64,000 bases of DNA from Mobula hypostoma (GCF_963921235.1 NC_086097.1:145392001-145456000); one strand, 5' to 3'; counted from the first letter of the stretch, positions 1 to 13,544 are shown. The notes: generated from the letters alone by a model not told the origin. Numbers and translations are program-made.

Positions 1-3000
1 TTTCCAAAAGCTCCAGCACATCCTCTTCCTTAATACCTACATGCTCAAGCTTTTCAGTCCACTGCAAGTCATCCCTAGAATCACCAAGATCCTTTTCTCC
101 TTTTCTCACGTAATTTATCACAGAAAAATGGCCATACCAAGCTATAGGGACATCTCTAGAGAAGTAAGTGTCACGTTTGCTTGAGTGCAAATATGCTGTT
201 GATTGCATCACATTGGAGTTCAAATACCTAGTGATAAATACACTTCCCCACATCAGTTTTTGCTGGCAATGATATAGTAAATCATCCAGCAATCTTGGGA
301 CTTTGGTAATAGAAGACTAGCAGATTTTCCAGATATTGGATTTTACTCCCATTAAATCCAAGGGCACTTTTATGCAGACTGGACCAAGGGTCTCAACCCA
401 AAATGTTGACCGTGTGTTTCCCCCCACAGAACCTTCTGAACTCACTGACTTCCTTGAGTAGCTCTTTGCTTTTGCTTAGCTGTCAGCATCCACAGACTCT
501 GGTGAGTATAGTTTTATTTATCTTTATTTTAACATGTAGCACAGAAGTGGAAAAAGTCCCATTGAACACCATATGTTTAAAAGAGGTAAGTAATAATGAC
601 CATTATGGACCTTGGCTCCAACGACAAGCCTGCACACATTCCTGACCCCTATCTCAGGCTGGACATCGGGCTCACGGTCCACACCCAGGTCCTGGCCGCA
701 CTCTGATCCCTGTATCTGGCCATGTACCCTCCTTGCACTCTTGACCCTACGTTCTGGGCTAATGAGTGACCTGGATTCCAGGCCCAGAAGATCTTTTGAT
801 CAATCAGATGCTAGCTCATTAGAGCTTTAAATTACTAACAATGTCAAATGTACTTCAACTAATTTTAAAGTACAGGTTGGGTGACACCAGGACTACAGGT
901 CATAGGGATAGAGTGAAAGCTGAAATATTTAAGGGAAAACCAAGGAGGAACTTCTTCACTCAGAAGATGGTGCAAACTATGGATGAATTACCAGTGGAAG
1001 TAGTAGATACACATTCAATTGCAACATTTAAAAGAGTTTTGGATAAGTAAATGGATGGGAGGGGTTTGGAGCAGCTATTGTCAGGGTGAAGATAGGTGAA
1101 CTAGGCAGCTGATCATGTCATAATGGACTAGATGCTGTGGTATTCGAAAAGTCTATGAAGAAGGAACATCTCTTCTTCCTTGTTCAGTTAACTTAATAAA
1201 ATTTTGACTGAAGCTGCAATTTAAATTCTGTATTTCCCTGTCGATAGTCATCAAAACCATCAGGACTTAATGATATGTACCACAGTTCTGGATTATAATC
1301 AGCTGCTTAGTGCAAGGGGGAAGAGCACACATAGAGAATCAGACATTTTACCTTTTACTAAAGCTTCCAACAGCTCCCACAGTAGGGTAGTGGTCAGTGC
1401 AATACTATTGCAGCTTGGGGCATTCTGGAGTTCAACCCCGGTGCTGTTCCGTAAGGAGTCTCTACATGTCCTCTCCATAGAATACATGGGTTTCCTTTGG
1501 GTCTTCCTGTTTCCTCCCACAGTCTGAAGACATACTGGGAAGGTAAGTTAGTCATTGTAGGTTGGTGTAAATCTGGGTTGTGGGGTTGTTGGAATGGCAC
1601 GGCTCGAAGTGCTGGAAGAGTCTACTCCATGCTGCACCACGAAATGAATGAACAAATAAATAAATAAACAAACACAAACAAACAAACAGATAAGTAACAG
1701 CGACAGCTCTCAACTGAGAATTGAAACATTGTGTGGAGAAGATATCACGGCTTTTCTGCCAATAGAATGGCTCAAACCAGAGCTGTTACACAGTGCAGGA
1801 ATATCCACCCATCTCATTTCAGTTCATTGTCAATAGGCTAGTGAGTTCTAGTTAAAGTGCCAAATAAATGTGAAAGAACATTTTTGTTATTGACACATCC
1901 AATAATCTGATGTTGAGAATTCCAATTAACACAGTGCCTACAGCATTTGGGAAACTGTGTTTCAAAATTATAAAGAAGCAACGTAGTTAATGATATTCTA
2001 CCATTAAAGACCTTCACCACACAGAACATGTCCTTTTCTCAAAACTACCATCAGGAAGGAGATACAGGAGCCTGAAGACCCACACTCAGTGTCTTAGGAA
2101 TAGCTTCTTCTGAATGGTCCATGGACCCATGAACAATACTTTGCCATTCCTCTTTTTCACTATTTATTCACATTTTTTATTATTTTAACATAGGTTAATT
2201 TTGTTTGTGTCTTGCATTGTACAGCCGCCACAAAGCAGCAAATTTCACAACATATATCTGATAATAAACCCAATTCTGATTCTGATTCGGATTTCTTGAA
2301 CACTTTTCTTTTCAGCATAAGATCGTAAAACCATAAGACATGGAAGAACTAGGTCATTTGGCCCATCAAGTCTGCTCCGTCATTCCAACCTTCTTAACCC
2401 CATTGTCCTGCCTTCTCCACGTAACCTTTCGTCCCTAACTAAGTAATATATGTACAATATACAATTCCATCCATCTCTTGTAGAACAGAAAGGAGGGTCA
2501 TTAGAATACTTACAGAAATAAATTCCAGGATTACACCATCCAACTTATACTCATGTAACAATCTACTTAGACATGCCTGTAGAAAATATCCGTTTCCACT
2601 AAACGCAGCTGCCTACTTCCTTCAGCAGCTGTTCCTTTTGACTTATGTGTGGAGCAGACGGAAGAAAAATTGCCCATATCCATGCTCTCTGGTCTCTACT
2701 TTTTGTAGGAACACATGTTAATGGCTACTGTTAACTCTGTGGATGACATCTGGTCGAGGGGTGGTTGTGAGTATCTGAATATTTTGGGGGTAGTACCATG
2801 AAGTAATTGAGCTCTGGGGCTTTAGGCTCTGAGCAGGACTGTCCTTACCCTATGCATGCCATGGGCTACCAGTAGTCTGAGTGGATTAATGTATCAGTAC
2901 TTCTGGATTGAATAGGCTCAGCTCTCGGCCATGTGGACTATTGAAGGAGCTGGCAGGCAAAGTGGTGCTGCATCAAATTAAGTTTTCTGCCATGAGAACA

Positions 3001-3184
3001 GGCCACTCTGCATGCAGTCCAGATGACCACTGAAAGGATCAACTGTGCCTGGTGTCTGCACGTCATTGAACAGTTTGCTGCTCTTCCTTTGGGTCTGGAC
3101 CTCAACATAGGCCATGGGGCTGTTGTCATCTCCCAAGCTGACAGACATTTCACCCCAATATTGCATTCAGAAACAATACACTGG

Positions 3185-3700
3185 CAGACATCTCACCTCT
3201 CCCGGAAGATCCAGGAGTCTCCCGCATATTGATAGTTGCTCCCTGATGCCCGCAAATTATATACAATATCCCGGAAATTGATTTTTTTGAGAGCGAGCGA
3301 GCGAGCAAGAGAGAGAGCGAGAGAGCGAGCACGAGAGAGAGAGCGCCATGGCAGAATGTGCCAAAAAAAGAAAGTATAAAATGTACGTCACCCCAGACTA
3401 CACTAAAGTGTACCCCTGCCTAATAGGGGTCAAAAATAATGACAGTGCTGCTCGCTGCACTGTTTGCAACAGTGACTTTTCTATTGCCCATGGTGGGTTA
3501 GGACTGTAAAAGACATGTTGAGGTAAGCTTAACAGGTGTCATTTGTTCATTAGCATAGCTAACGTTATTTAAACTAGCGGGCTAGCTACTAAGAAGCTAC
3601 TCTATTGCAGACATCCCACCTCTCCCAGAAGTTCCGGGAGTCTCCCGCAAATTGGTGCCGCTACCTCCCTGAAATGAGTTTTTGCAGGGTGGGATGTCTG
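3185..3700 (+). mobile_element. Non-autonomous hAT-like DNA transposon, copy 1
   Basis: TIRs CAGACATC(T/C)CACC...GGTGGGATGTCTG, 6-bp TSD CACTGG. Internal ATG at 3348 gives MAECAKKRKYK...ARCTVCNSDFSIAHGG(fs)DCKRHVE, a zinc-finger transposase N-terminus, followed by a gtaag donor. Confidence 0.85.
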
Positions 3701-5188
3701 CACTGGTTGATGGCCGCTGTGGCTCCTGCAGGGAGTCGAACCAGTGTCACAAAGCCAGTCACTTTACCCTGAGAGGGATACCTCTGGTCACACTTGCTAA
3801 GCTCCTTTCACCCTTCCCTTGCAACTTCCAGGAGCCATTGGGCAAGGCCATGGTTCAGCAGCTACTAATGAGCTTTACTCTTCCTATGCTCCTCACTGAA
3901 GCAGCTTACAAATACAGAAACCAGGACCTCAAAAGATGAGTAGTTTTAAAGCCTGCCCAAGCCACACGAACAATCTTGAAAACCACAGCACTGCAAGGTG
4001 AGTTTATTCATTAACAACCTAAACAAAGGTTTTGGGTGCTGTGCCTTCAAGACCGATGACATCAGCCAACAGGAAGGCTGGTTACTCCCCGCATGCCAGT
4101 GATTCTCAAGTTGTGAGGAACCTACTTTAGGATCAATCTCCTGAATTCAGTGCACAGTTCAAAGGTCAAAGATAATTAACCCACATCTAGCATGGTTGAA
4201 GGATGGATGTCATGTCAGATGATCTGGCTCACTAGTTGCAGTGACTGGCTGGCTGGCAGCAGGAGATGTACATTAAAGGAGGAGGAAGCATATCTACAAG
4301 CAGCATTACACAGGCTGCTTCGAGGAGAAACTGTATAAAAAGGGGGCACTTTTTCCACAAGCAATTAGGCAGTTAATGGAGATGAAGACAGAATATCTAA
4401 CCTCATACACCTCACATTCTGTCTAGGTAGCCTCCAACCTGATGGCATGAACATCTTTAATTCCCCCTCTTCCTTCCTTCTTCTTCAATTCCCTCTTCTC
4501 TTCTCACCTGGCTATCACCTTCTCCTGGTACCCCTCTCCTTCTCTTTCTCCCATTGTGAACTCTCCTCTCCTATCAGATTCCTTCTTCTCCAGCCCATTG
4601 CCTTTTCTACCTATCATCTCCCAGCTTCTTACTTCATCCTCCCTCCTCCACCCACCTGGCTTCACCTCTCAGCTCCTAGCTTGTACTCCATCTCTTCCCC
4701 CACCTTCTTATTCCGGCTCCTTCCCCCTTCCTTTCCAATCCTAATAAAGGGTCTTGGCCTGAAATATTTATTCATTTCCATAAATGCTGCCTGACCTGCT
4801 GAATTCCTCCAGCAATTTGTATGTGCTATACGACAGGGGCTGTGCTACACCTGCCCATTCACCTTCTCCCTCATCTCCATTCTGGGCTCCAAGCAGTTCT
4901 TCCAGATGAGGCAACCTCCTCCTAGCAAGGGAAATGGAGGAGTTTCCGAAGCGAACTGTCTGGATGATTAGATCATTAATCCAATGCCAAAGACAACTTT
5001 GCTACAATTAACTCGTAGAATCATAGAATTATGCAGCACAGAAATAGGCTCTTGGAGAATTCCTGAAAAAGATCCAGGCCAAGTGGTTCATGTATCAGTG
5101 GGAAACATCCAGGAAATAGCACTTAAAATATCTTTAAAACAAGATTAAAGTATCTAAGACAAAGATACACTTCTCCAAGTTAAGAGCC

Positions 5189-5223
5189 GTCAATGTCAAT
5201 GTCAATGTCAATGTCAATGTCAA
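5189..5223 (+). repeat. (GTCAAT)n hexanucleotide microsatellite
   Basis: About 5.5 tandem copies visible. Confidence 0.9.
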
Positions 5224-5359
5224 AAGGATAAATGTGAAAGCCTGGCAGGGCAAACCTGTAATTAGTGACTTTTAGTCACAGAACTCAGGAACAAGCCTTT
5301 CAACCTGTCAATTCTGCACAAATCATCAATCACCGCACTTACACTCATCCTACACGGGG

Positions 5360-5660
5360 GGTGGGCGCGCTACAGCAGCGTAGCGGTTAATACAATGTTA
5401 CTACAGCTCAGGGCGTTCTGGTGTTCGGAGTTCAATTCCGGCACTGCCCGTAAGGAGTGAGTATGCCCTCCCTGTGACAGCATGGCTTTCCTCTGGGTGC
5501 TCTGGTTTCCTCCCACAGTCCAAAGATGTAGCAGTTAGTAGGCTAATTGGTCATTGTAAATTGTTCTGTGGTTAGGCTTGTGTTAAATAGGTGGATTGCT
5601 GGGTGGTGTGGCTTGTAGGGCCAGAAGGACCTGTTCTGCATACCATCGCTAAATAAAAAC
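5360..5660 (+). mobile_element. tRNA-derived V-domain SINE (relatives at ~1378-1640 +, ~46140-46340 -, ~58040-58270 +)
   Basis: A/B-box-like head (tagcggtta..., gagttcaattcc) plus central gggtgctctggtttcctcccacagtccaaag domain. Confidence 0.7.
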
Positions 5661-6489
5661 AAATAAATAATAACTTCATTAACTCCATTTTTTATTCCAC
5701 CCACATACGCTGTTCAATCCCACCCCTTCCACCACATCGATTCTACCATGCACCTACACTTTAGGGGCAATTTAGTCTACCAAATGATTCATTTCACTGT
5801 CTGCTTCAATGTACACGTGGTAAATAAACTTGAATCTTGAATGCATGTCTCTGGGATGAGGGTAAAAGCCTATGCCGTCACAGGGAAATCATGCATTCTC
5901 AGAATTGAACCCAGCTCACTTGCATTCTGTGGTAGTGGCTCTACCCACTGGTGGCGGTGCCTCAGCTACTATCTAAATACAGTCTGATGAGATTAAAGGG
6001 GAGGAATATTAAAGGCAAAGTTTCACAGGTAACTAAAGTAAAACAGGTACCAGGTGGTTTAGGGAAAAAGTGAAAATCAGCCTGATAACAGAGAATTCAG
6101 AATGGAAGAAAAATGGAACAAGGAGAGACAAAGGGAAAACACATCAAAAAATGCATCTAAATGTAAGGAGAAATCCTACAATATTCAGAAACAATATGAA
6201 TAGGAAAAGGGACAAAGCGAGAGGCAGGTCTAATCAGAGGAAATATATTCCTGGAGGCAGAGAACATGGCTGAGGTATCAGATGAAATAAAAGAGGAAGG
6301 TGCTGGAGATAATCAACAGGTAAAGTAACATCCGTGAAGCAAGAAACAGCTAGTTTTTCAGGTCAGTGAACTTGCAGCAGTGGAGTGTCAGTTTTAGGGA
6401 AGATATATCGATATTTTTGAATGGGTTAAAATTTGAGCAGGGAAGATAGTAGGAAGGTTGTCTGCATTTAACAATTATTTAATATATTT

Positions 6490-7600
6490 TCAGGTGGGAT
6501 ACCCCATAAGTTGCTGAGAGAAATAAAGGGAGGAGAATAAAGGGATCCTATTCTGGTTGGCTGCCGGTTACCAGTGGTGTTCCACAGGGGCCCGTGTTGG
6601 GGCCGCTTCTTTTGACATTGTACATCAAAGATTTGGATTATGGAATAGATGGCTTTGTGGCTAAGTTTGCTGAGGATACGAAGATAGGTGGAGGGGCCGG
6701 CAGTGCTGAGGAAACGAAGAGTCTGCAGAGAGACTTGGATAGATTGGAAGAATGAGCAAAGAAGTGGCAAATGAAATACAATGTTGTTTAGTGTATGGTT
6801 ATGCACTTTGGCAGAAGAAATAAACGGGCAGACTATTATTTAAATAGGGAAATAATTCAAAGTTCTGAGATGCAACGGGACTTGGGAGTCCTCGTACAGG
6901 ATACCCTTAAGGTTCACCTCCAGGTTGAGTCGGTGGTGAAGAAAGCGAATGCAATGTTGGCATTCATTTCTAGAGGAATAGAGTATAGGAGCAGGGATGT
7001 GATGTTGAGGCTCTATAAGGCGCTGGTGAGACCTTACTTGGAGTACTGTGGGCAGTTTTGGTCTCCTTATTTAAGAAAGGATGTGCTGACATTGGAGAGG
7101 GGACAGAGAAGATTCACTGGAATGATTCCGGGAATGAGAGGGTTAACATATGAGGAATGTTTGTCCGCTCTTGGACTGTATTCCTTGGAGTTTAGAAGAA
7201 TGAGGGGAGACCTCATAGAAACATTTTGAATGTTGAAAGGCATGGACAGAGTGGATGTGGCAAAGTTGTTTCCCATGATGAGGGAGTCTAGTACGAGAGG
7301 GCATGACTTAAGGATTGAAGGGCACCCATTCAGACAGAAATGCGAAGAAATTTTTTTAGTCAGAGGGTGGTGAATCTATGGAATTTGTTGCCACAGGCAG
7401 CAGTGGAGGCCAAGTCATTGGGTGTATTTAAGGCAGAGATTGATAGGTATCTGAGTAGCCAGGGCATCAAAGGTTATGGTGAGAAGGCGGGGGAAGTGGG
7501 ACTAAATGGGAGAATGGATCAGCTCATGATAAAATGGCGGAGCAGACTCGATGGGCCGAATGGCTGACTTCTGCTCCTTTGTCTTCTGGTCTTATGGTCT
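6490..7600 (+). mobile_element. CR1 LINE 3' portion
   Basis: SGVPQG, KFA(E)DTKIGG, LYKALVRPYLEYC, RRNFFSQRVVNLWN and a typical 3' tail. Confidence 0.9.
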
Positions 7601-8289
7601 TAAGTTCGAGAGGCACTGGCCTCAAGGAAGGTGCAGAAACAACAGAGGGGCACAATATTGTCAGTCATGTGGATCTGTATATGGATTTATTAGAGGTAAA
7701 TCATGTCTAACAAACTTAATAGCTCTTGATTGTTTCTACATTATTGTAGATTCTTGCCTAGCTTGCTAATATTATTACCTAATAGTTTATGTTTTGTCCT
7801 TATGACTGCACAATTTTCTTATATACAGTATACTGGAAGTTCAATTTCCACAATGCAGATCTGGATGAATATTACTCCAGTAACTTAGTAAGATGTAGCA
7901 CCAAAGCAGCTCTACAAAGACTGGTCTAGTCTAACCCTGGGTGCAAATGAGGTTTTATAGCAATTCTATAATCACAGATCTAGGATACCAGGATGAACAC
8001 AAATAAGTTATCATTTCAAGTGTTTGCATAAACACATAGCATTTGACTACATACCAAGTGTACAGGGTTCATCAGTATGAAAGCAAATGCCATGAATTAT
8101 GTACATTGGTCAAACATTAACTTGTGTGCAAAGTTTGTCAGCAGTGCAGGGCAATGCCTCCTTGGACACCACTACTATAGTTGAATTTACAGGAAAAGTA
8201 ATAAAAAAATTAAGTCTGTACTGATATTGTACTATTATAAAAGGCATTTAGTGTTGTTAATTAGAATAGATATCTTTGTTCAAAGCCAT

Positions 8290-9410
8290 GTCCTGTCTCT
8301 GTTAGCAGTGACCCTACTGGGAATATTCTACAGATGCCCCCGCCCCATTGCAACAGAGACATGGAGGTGCAGATCAAGAGGCCGATTTTCGAAAGATACA
8401 AAAATAACATGGTTGTTGTCATGAGTAACTTCAGCTTCCCTAATATTGATTGGCACCTCATCAATACAAAACTTTTAGATGGCATAGAATTTGTTCAGTG
8501 TGGACTCAGAAGTGACTTGCCCAAAGAAGTCAGAGGGTAGATATAGATGGAGCATATTCTGTCTACAGGTCAGTAACCAGTGGTCTGTGACTCCTGCTGT
8601 TTGTGATGTTTATAAGTGACTTGGATGAGGAAGTGAAAAGTTGGGTTAGTACGTTGGCAAATGACATGAACACAAGGAAATCTGCAGATGCTGGAATTTC
8701 AAGCAACATACATAAAAGTTGCTGGTGAACGCAACAGGCCGGGCAGCATCTATAGGAAGGGATACAGTTGACGTTTCGGACCGAGACCCTTCGTCAGGAC
8801 TAACTGAAAGAAGAGCTAGTAAGAGATTTGAAAGTGGGAAGGGAGAGAGAGATCCAAAACAAAAAGACATGAAGATTGCTGGTGTTGTGGATAGTGTAGA
8901 AGATTGCTGTGGGTTACAGAAGGACAATGAAAGGTACAGAACTGGGCTAAAATGTGGTAGTTAGAGGTCAATCCAGAAAAGTGTGAAGCGATTCATTTAG
9001 GAAGTTCAAACTTGAAGGCAGAACACAGGATTAATGGCAGGATTCTTAGCAGTGTAGAATAACAGAGTGATCTTGGTATTCACACCTAAAAGTCATTCAA
9101 AGTTGCAGTGAACGTTGATAACATTGTTAAGAAAGTGTATGGTGTGTCAGTGTTCTTTAGTCAGGGATTAAGTTCAAGAGCCACAAGGCAATGCTGCAGC
9201 TCCATATAACCCTGGTTAGACTACACTTGGAGTACGGTGTTCAGTTTTGGTTGCCTCATTATAGGAAGGATGTGAAAGCTTTAGGGAGGGTGCAGAGGAG
9301 ATCTACCAAGATGCTGCCTGGATTAGAGAAATGTTTTATGAAGATAGGTTGAGTGGCTAAAGCTTTTCTCCCTGGAGAGAAGGAGGATGAAGAATTTGGT
9401 GAATATGAAT
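8290..9410 (+). mobile_element. Degraded CR1 fragments with a Penelope-derived insertion (~8670-8866)
   Basis: CR1 endonuclease/RT remnants (NFSFPNIDW, MKIAGVVDSVEDC) interrupted by the gatgctggaatttcaagcaac repeat flanked by duplicated GACATGAA. Confidence 0.7.
8765..8801 (-). ncRNA. Minimal hammerhead motif in Penelope-derived repeat
   Basis: Minus strand reads agtc-CTGACGA-agggtctcggtcc-GAAAC-GTC-aactg. Confidence 0.55.
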
Positions 9411-10769
9411 TACAAGACAATGAGCAGCTTTTGGACATTGTTATTGCTATTCTTCTTTTGCACTATTTATTATATTTTTATTGTTATTTATAGTAATTTT
9501 TTATGTCTTACACTGTACTGCTGCCACAAGACAATAAACTTCACAGCATATATTAGTGATAATGGATCTGATTGTGATGGATATCACTGCACACACTCAA
9601 TGGAAGAGTGCAGGGATGCAACCAAACGGCTTCTGTTGTTTTTTATTGTTGTCCTCACCAGTGATTAACACATTTCAAAGAAGGTGATAAGGATCTTTCA
9701 TTTTGTAGAGGCCATCGTCAGTTTGTGAGCACACCATCAGGATCTGCCTCCCATTGCAATCAGTCACCACGGCAAATAACATACATCCATCTACCAAGTA
9801 ACATGGAGATATTTAGGTGTTCCTCCCTATCTCTGTCCCAGCAGCAAACTAGGGTTAAGGTAAGCATACTATAGCACTGGGATGCTTGCATTAACCCCAG
9901 TGCTACAGTCTCCCGGTCACATTACCATATTTCCCTGTGTTCACGTTTTCCACATAGAAGTTCCAGTACAACTTCAGGCATTTGGTAACTGTAATGTGAT
10001 TATGGGGCGCACGTGCATTATCATTCACTGCTCTCTGCATGGCTATCTGAAAAGCTAAGTCAAATGATATCAGAATGGTATGACTCTGCTTGATGCCGTG
10101 GCCACATGAAATGCAGCTTTCCTAGGGTAACTTGTCGACTTCTTTTTTGAACTCCCTGGACACAGTAGTCGAACCAACATTGTACAACAGCAGGGAGTAG
10201 TTGTTGATCAATTACGTGCAACCTTTCCAGAATCAAATTGCCAATTCAAGTTAAGCATGCAATATATGAAACGTCCACAAGGAGGAGATGTAGAATACCA
10301 CAGTTTCTGTAGGGACCAATCATAGATAAAAGTTCAAACTAAAATATCACGATAAAAGGAGTATTTAATTCCATCACAAGTGGGGACTTACTGCCCGCTA
10401 TGCTGCTGAATTCAGAGCTGCAATGAAGGTCCTCCACCTCTGTCTGTGCGTGCCTAAACATACAGATAAGGAAGGATACTTCATTGTTGTTTCCGTAACA
10501 ATGTTTTTTGACCAGTCAGGGTTGTTAGCCTAAGCTGAACCCTCAAACCTGGAGAACTAGTGGACCTATCTAAGTCTGGCCTCTACCCTTTGACTGGTTT
10601 GGCATGGGTGACCCTACCAAGAGCCAAAGCACAAGGTCTTGACCCTAGCCAACATAGCTCTCCATGTCTTTGAGACACGCAAGCCTCCAAACCCCACAAC
10701 AAGGTTGTGGTTCAAGGGGGGACTGTTGCCATAAATTCCTCATTTGATCTCCCAGCTATATTAAGAATA

Positions 10770-12475
10770 AAAGGGTGGCTAGGGACAGAGTAGGTTCTGT
10801 TGGAGATCAGCAGGGCTGCCTAAGTCTTGAGTGGAATGGATGTGTGGGACCTCTAACAAATTTTCTCCTCAATGTTTACTGAAGAGAAGGTTATGATTGT
10901 TCAGAGATAAGTGAAACAAATGGAGCACACTCATATTTCCAGGGTGGAGGTACTTGCATAAGGTGGGTAAATCCACAGGGCGTGACCAAATGCTTCATTT
11001 GATTTTGTGAGATGCTAGAGTGGAACTTGTAGAGGCCCTTGAAGAGGTATTTGATCCATTGTTAGCCACTGGTGAAGTTCCCAAAGACCGGAATATGGCT
11101 AATGTTATTCCATTGTTTAAGAACCAAAGCAAGGAGGAGCCAGGGAACTACAGGTTCATCAGCCTGAAATCGCTGGAGGGAATTCTCAATGACAGGATCT
11201 ACTAGCATTTGGATAGAGCCTGATTAGAAATAGTCAGCGTGGCTTTGTGTGGAAAGCCACACTAGATAAACTTGTAGAGATTGTTGAAGATGTTACGGAA
11301 AATGAGGATGAGAGAAGGGCCATGAGTGTGTCCCTGAGGCAAGGCTCCTCATGGTAGGCTGGTCTGGAAGGTTAGATCCAATAAAATCCAGGGAGAGCCA
11401 GTTATGCAGATTCAAAATTGGCGTTGAATTGGAGATGAGAAGCAGATGTGCTGGTTGAGGTTGTTTCTTTGAAAGGAGGTTGATGATTAATGGTGTGCCA
11501 CAGGGGTCGTCTTTGAGCCCTTTGTTTTATATATATAAATGATATGGATGCAAGTGCCCAAGGCTTCATTGGAAAGTTTGCTCATGACATGAAATTAAGA
11601 GGTCTTGTTGATACTGAAGAAAGTGATAGATTATAGGTGTAGATTATAGAGTGATCTTATTCAGCTAGGGAAGTCGGTTGAGAAGAGGCAGGTGGATTTC
11701 AATACAAATAAATGTGAGATGATGCATTTTAGAAAGTCAAACCAGCATAGGACTTATACTTTGAATGGTAGCTTATTAGGGATTTTAATGGAACAGAGAG
11801 ATTTAGGAGTACAGGTGCATAATACATTGAAAGCGAAATCACAGGTAGACAGGGTTGTGAAAAAGGCATTTAGTACTCTGGCCTTCATTGGCTAGAGCAT
11901 TGAGCATCGGAGTTGGGTCATCATGCTGCAACTGTATAAGTCATTGGTGAGGCTGCTCTTGGTGTTCGTACAGTTTGGTCACCCTGTTATTGGAAAATCT
12001 TGGTTAAACTGGAAAGAGTGTGGTAAAGATTTATAAAGATTTTGCTAGGACTAGAGAGTCTGCATTATAGGTAGAAGTTGAGCAGTTTATTTTTTGGAAT
12101 GTAGGAGAATGAGGGACAACCTTACCGAGATATTTAAAACTATGAGGCGTAGATGAGGTGGACAGTAATAATGTTTTCCCCAGGGTAGGAACTAGATGGC
12201 ATGGCTTTAGGGTGAGAGAGGAAAGACTTAAAAGGGATGTGAGGGGCAACATTTTTGCACAGAGGGTGGTGAATATATGGAAAAGGCTGCCTAAAGAAGT
12301 GGTTAAGGCAGGTACAATAGTATCATTTAGGAAGCACCTGGATGGGAACATTGAGAGACAAGCCTTCATGTTATATGAGCCAAATGCAGGAAATTGGGAA
12401 TAGTTAGATGGGCACTGTGGTCGGCATGAACTCATTGGGTTCGATGGCCTGTATCCATGACTCTAGACTCTATAA
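10770..12475 (+). mobile_element. Degraded CR1 LINE ORF2
   Basis: ANVIPLFK..PGNYR, FNTNKCEMMHF, FAQRVVNIWKRLP fragments. Confidence 0.85.
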
Positions 12476-12676
12476 CTAAAACCAGCTTGATAAGCGTTCT
12501 GCTAATGCTGCTGCTTTGAATCCACAATCAACCAATCACTAGGGAATGCTAGACAGGAATGACAAGCACAAGAAAATGTAATTATCAGGTATTTATTCAT
12601 ATATTAACATGTAAAATTATATCCTGTGTTTCTCATGTCCCTGACACGACTGGCCAGAAGTTGGCTTGTTCCATTT

Positions 12677-12823
12677 TTAGAGTACCGGTGTTTGAATTAA
12701 TTCTGGATTACACCATTCACCAACAATGATCATCTGTTTTCTGAGAATTGTTCTCGGCATACACCTTGGGCCTAGCACCATTGCCACTCTTCTGTATCTT
12801 GTTTTACGGCGGTTGGCACCCAG
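12677..12823 (-). CDS. Candidate terminal exon of the cathelicidin-like gene (basic linker, RYRR site, putative mature peptide)
   Basis: Phase-0 ORF LGANRRKTRYRRVAMVLGPRCMPRTILRKQMIIVGEWCNPELIQTPVL* after a weak AAG acceptor with ~50 nt free of AG upstream. AATAAA at 12597-12592 with a T/GT-rich downstream element. Confidence 0.5.
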   Translation of the reverse strand: MGANRRKTRYRRVAMVLGPRCMPRTILRKQMIIVGEWCNPELIQTPVL

Positions 12824-13544
12824 CTTAATGGTGCATTATTATTGCGGTAATGCAAATAAAATATATTTTGAGCAGCCCTGTTGCAGTCTCTATGAAGCTC
12901 GTGGTAGTGGTGTCAACATTCATTCTCTTTGGCTGTGTTTGGAGGTTTGAGCAGAGCAAACATCCACTTCAGCCCCTTTTGCCCAAAGTGCATCTTACAG
13001 GAAAAATGGGCACTGAATATGGGCAGGGTGACTGGTGAAGAATGAGTGAATCCTGGAAGGTGTAAGCCTAGCTAGAACTGAGCATTAGAGAAGATTCACT
13101 TGTCTACCACCAGCTGGAGATTGTGAGAATGCATTCCCTTCTTGCTAATGTATACCTGTTTGTTGTGAATGAGAGTAATAATGCCTGTAGGTGGAGAACA
13201 TGTGTGGTTACACAAATGGTGGTATACAACAGAAGCAAGTGCCTGTACCTTCTCCTGTGGACTGAAGAAACAGTAAATGCTTCATTTACTATGACCTGCC
13301 TAGTGCAATGGGTTGTCTTCAAACATTGATGAGTGAGGACAGCAACCATCTAGAATGAGATCAGGAAGATGATAGTGATGCCTGTATGGAGCCATTGATA
13401 CACTGCCACATCATCCATGAACAGGAAGATTTCAGTTTAAAACATGGGTTTTGGAAGTTAACTGTCTGCAAGAGTGTCTGAAGGTGCAAAGAAAATTCAG
13501 TATGAAGAGTGAACATTGTACAGAGGAAGCCATGCAGAGTAGTA

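Noticed and set aside
2514..2576. KLDGV similarity to KIF9, a gene near ELP6 in mammals
   Set aside because: Only five residues match; flanking sequence and exon size do not fit the kinesin motor domain.
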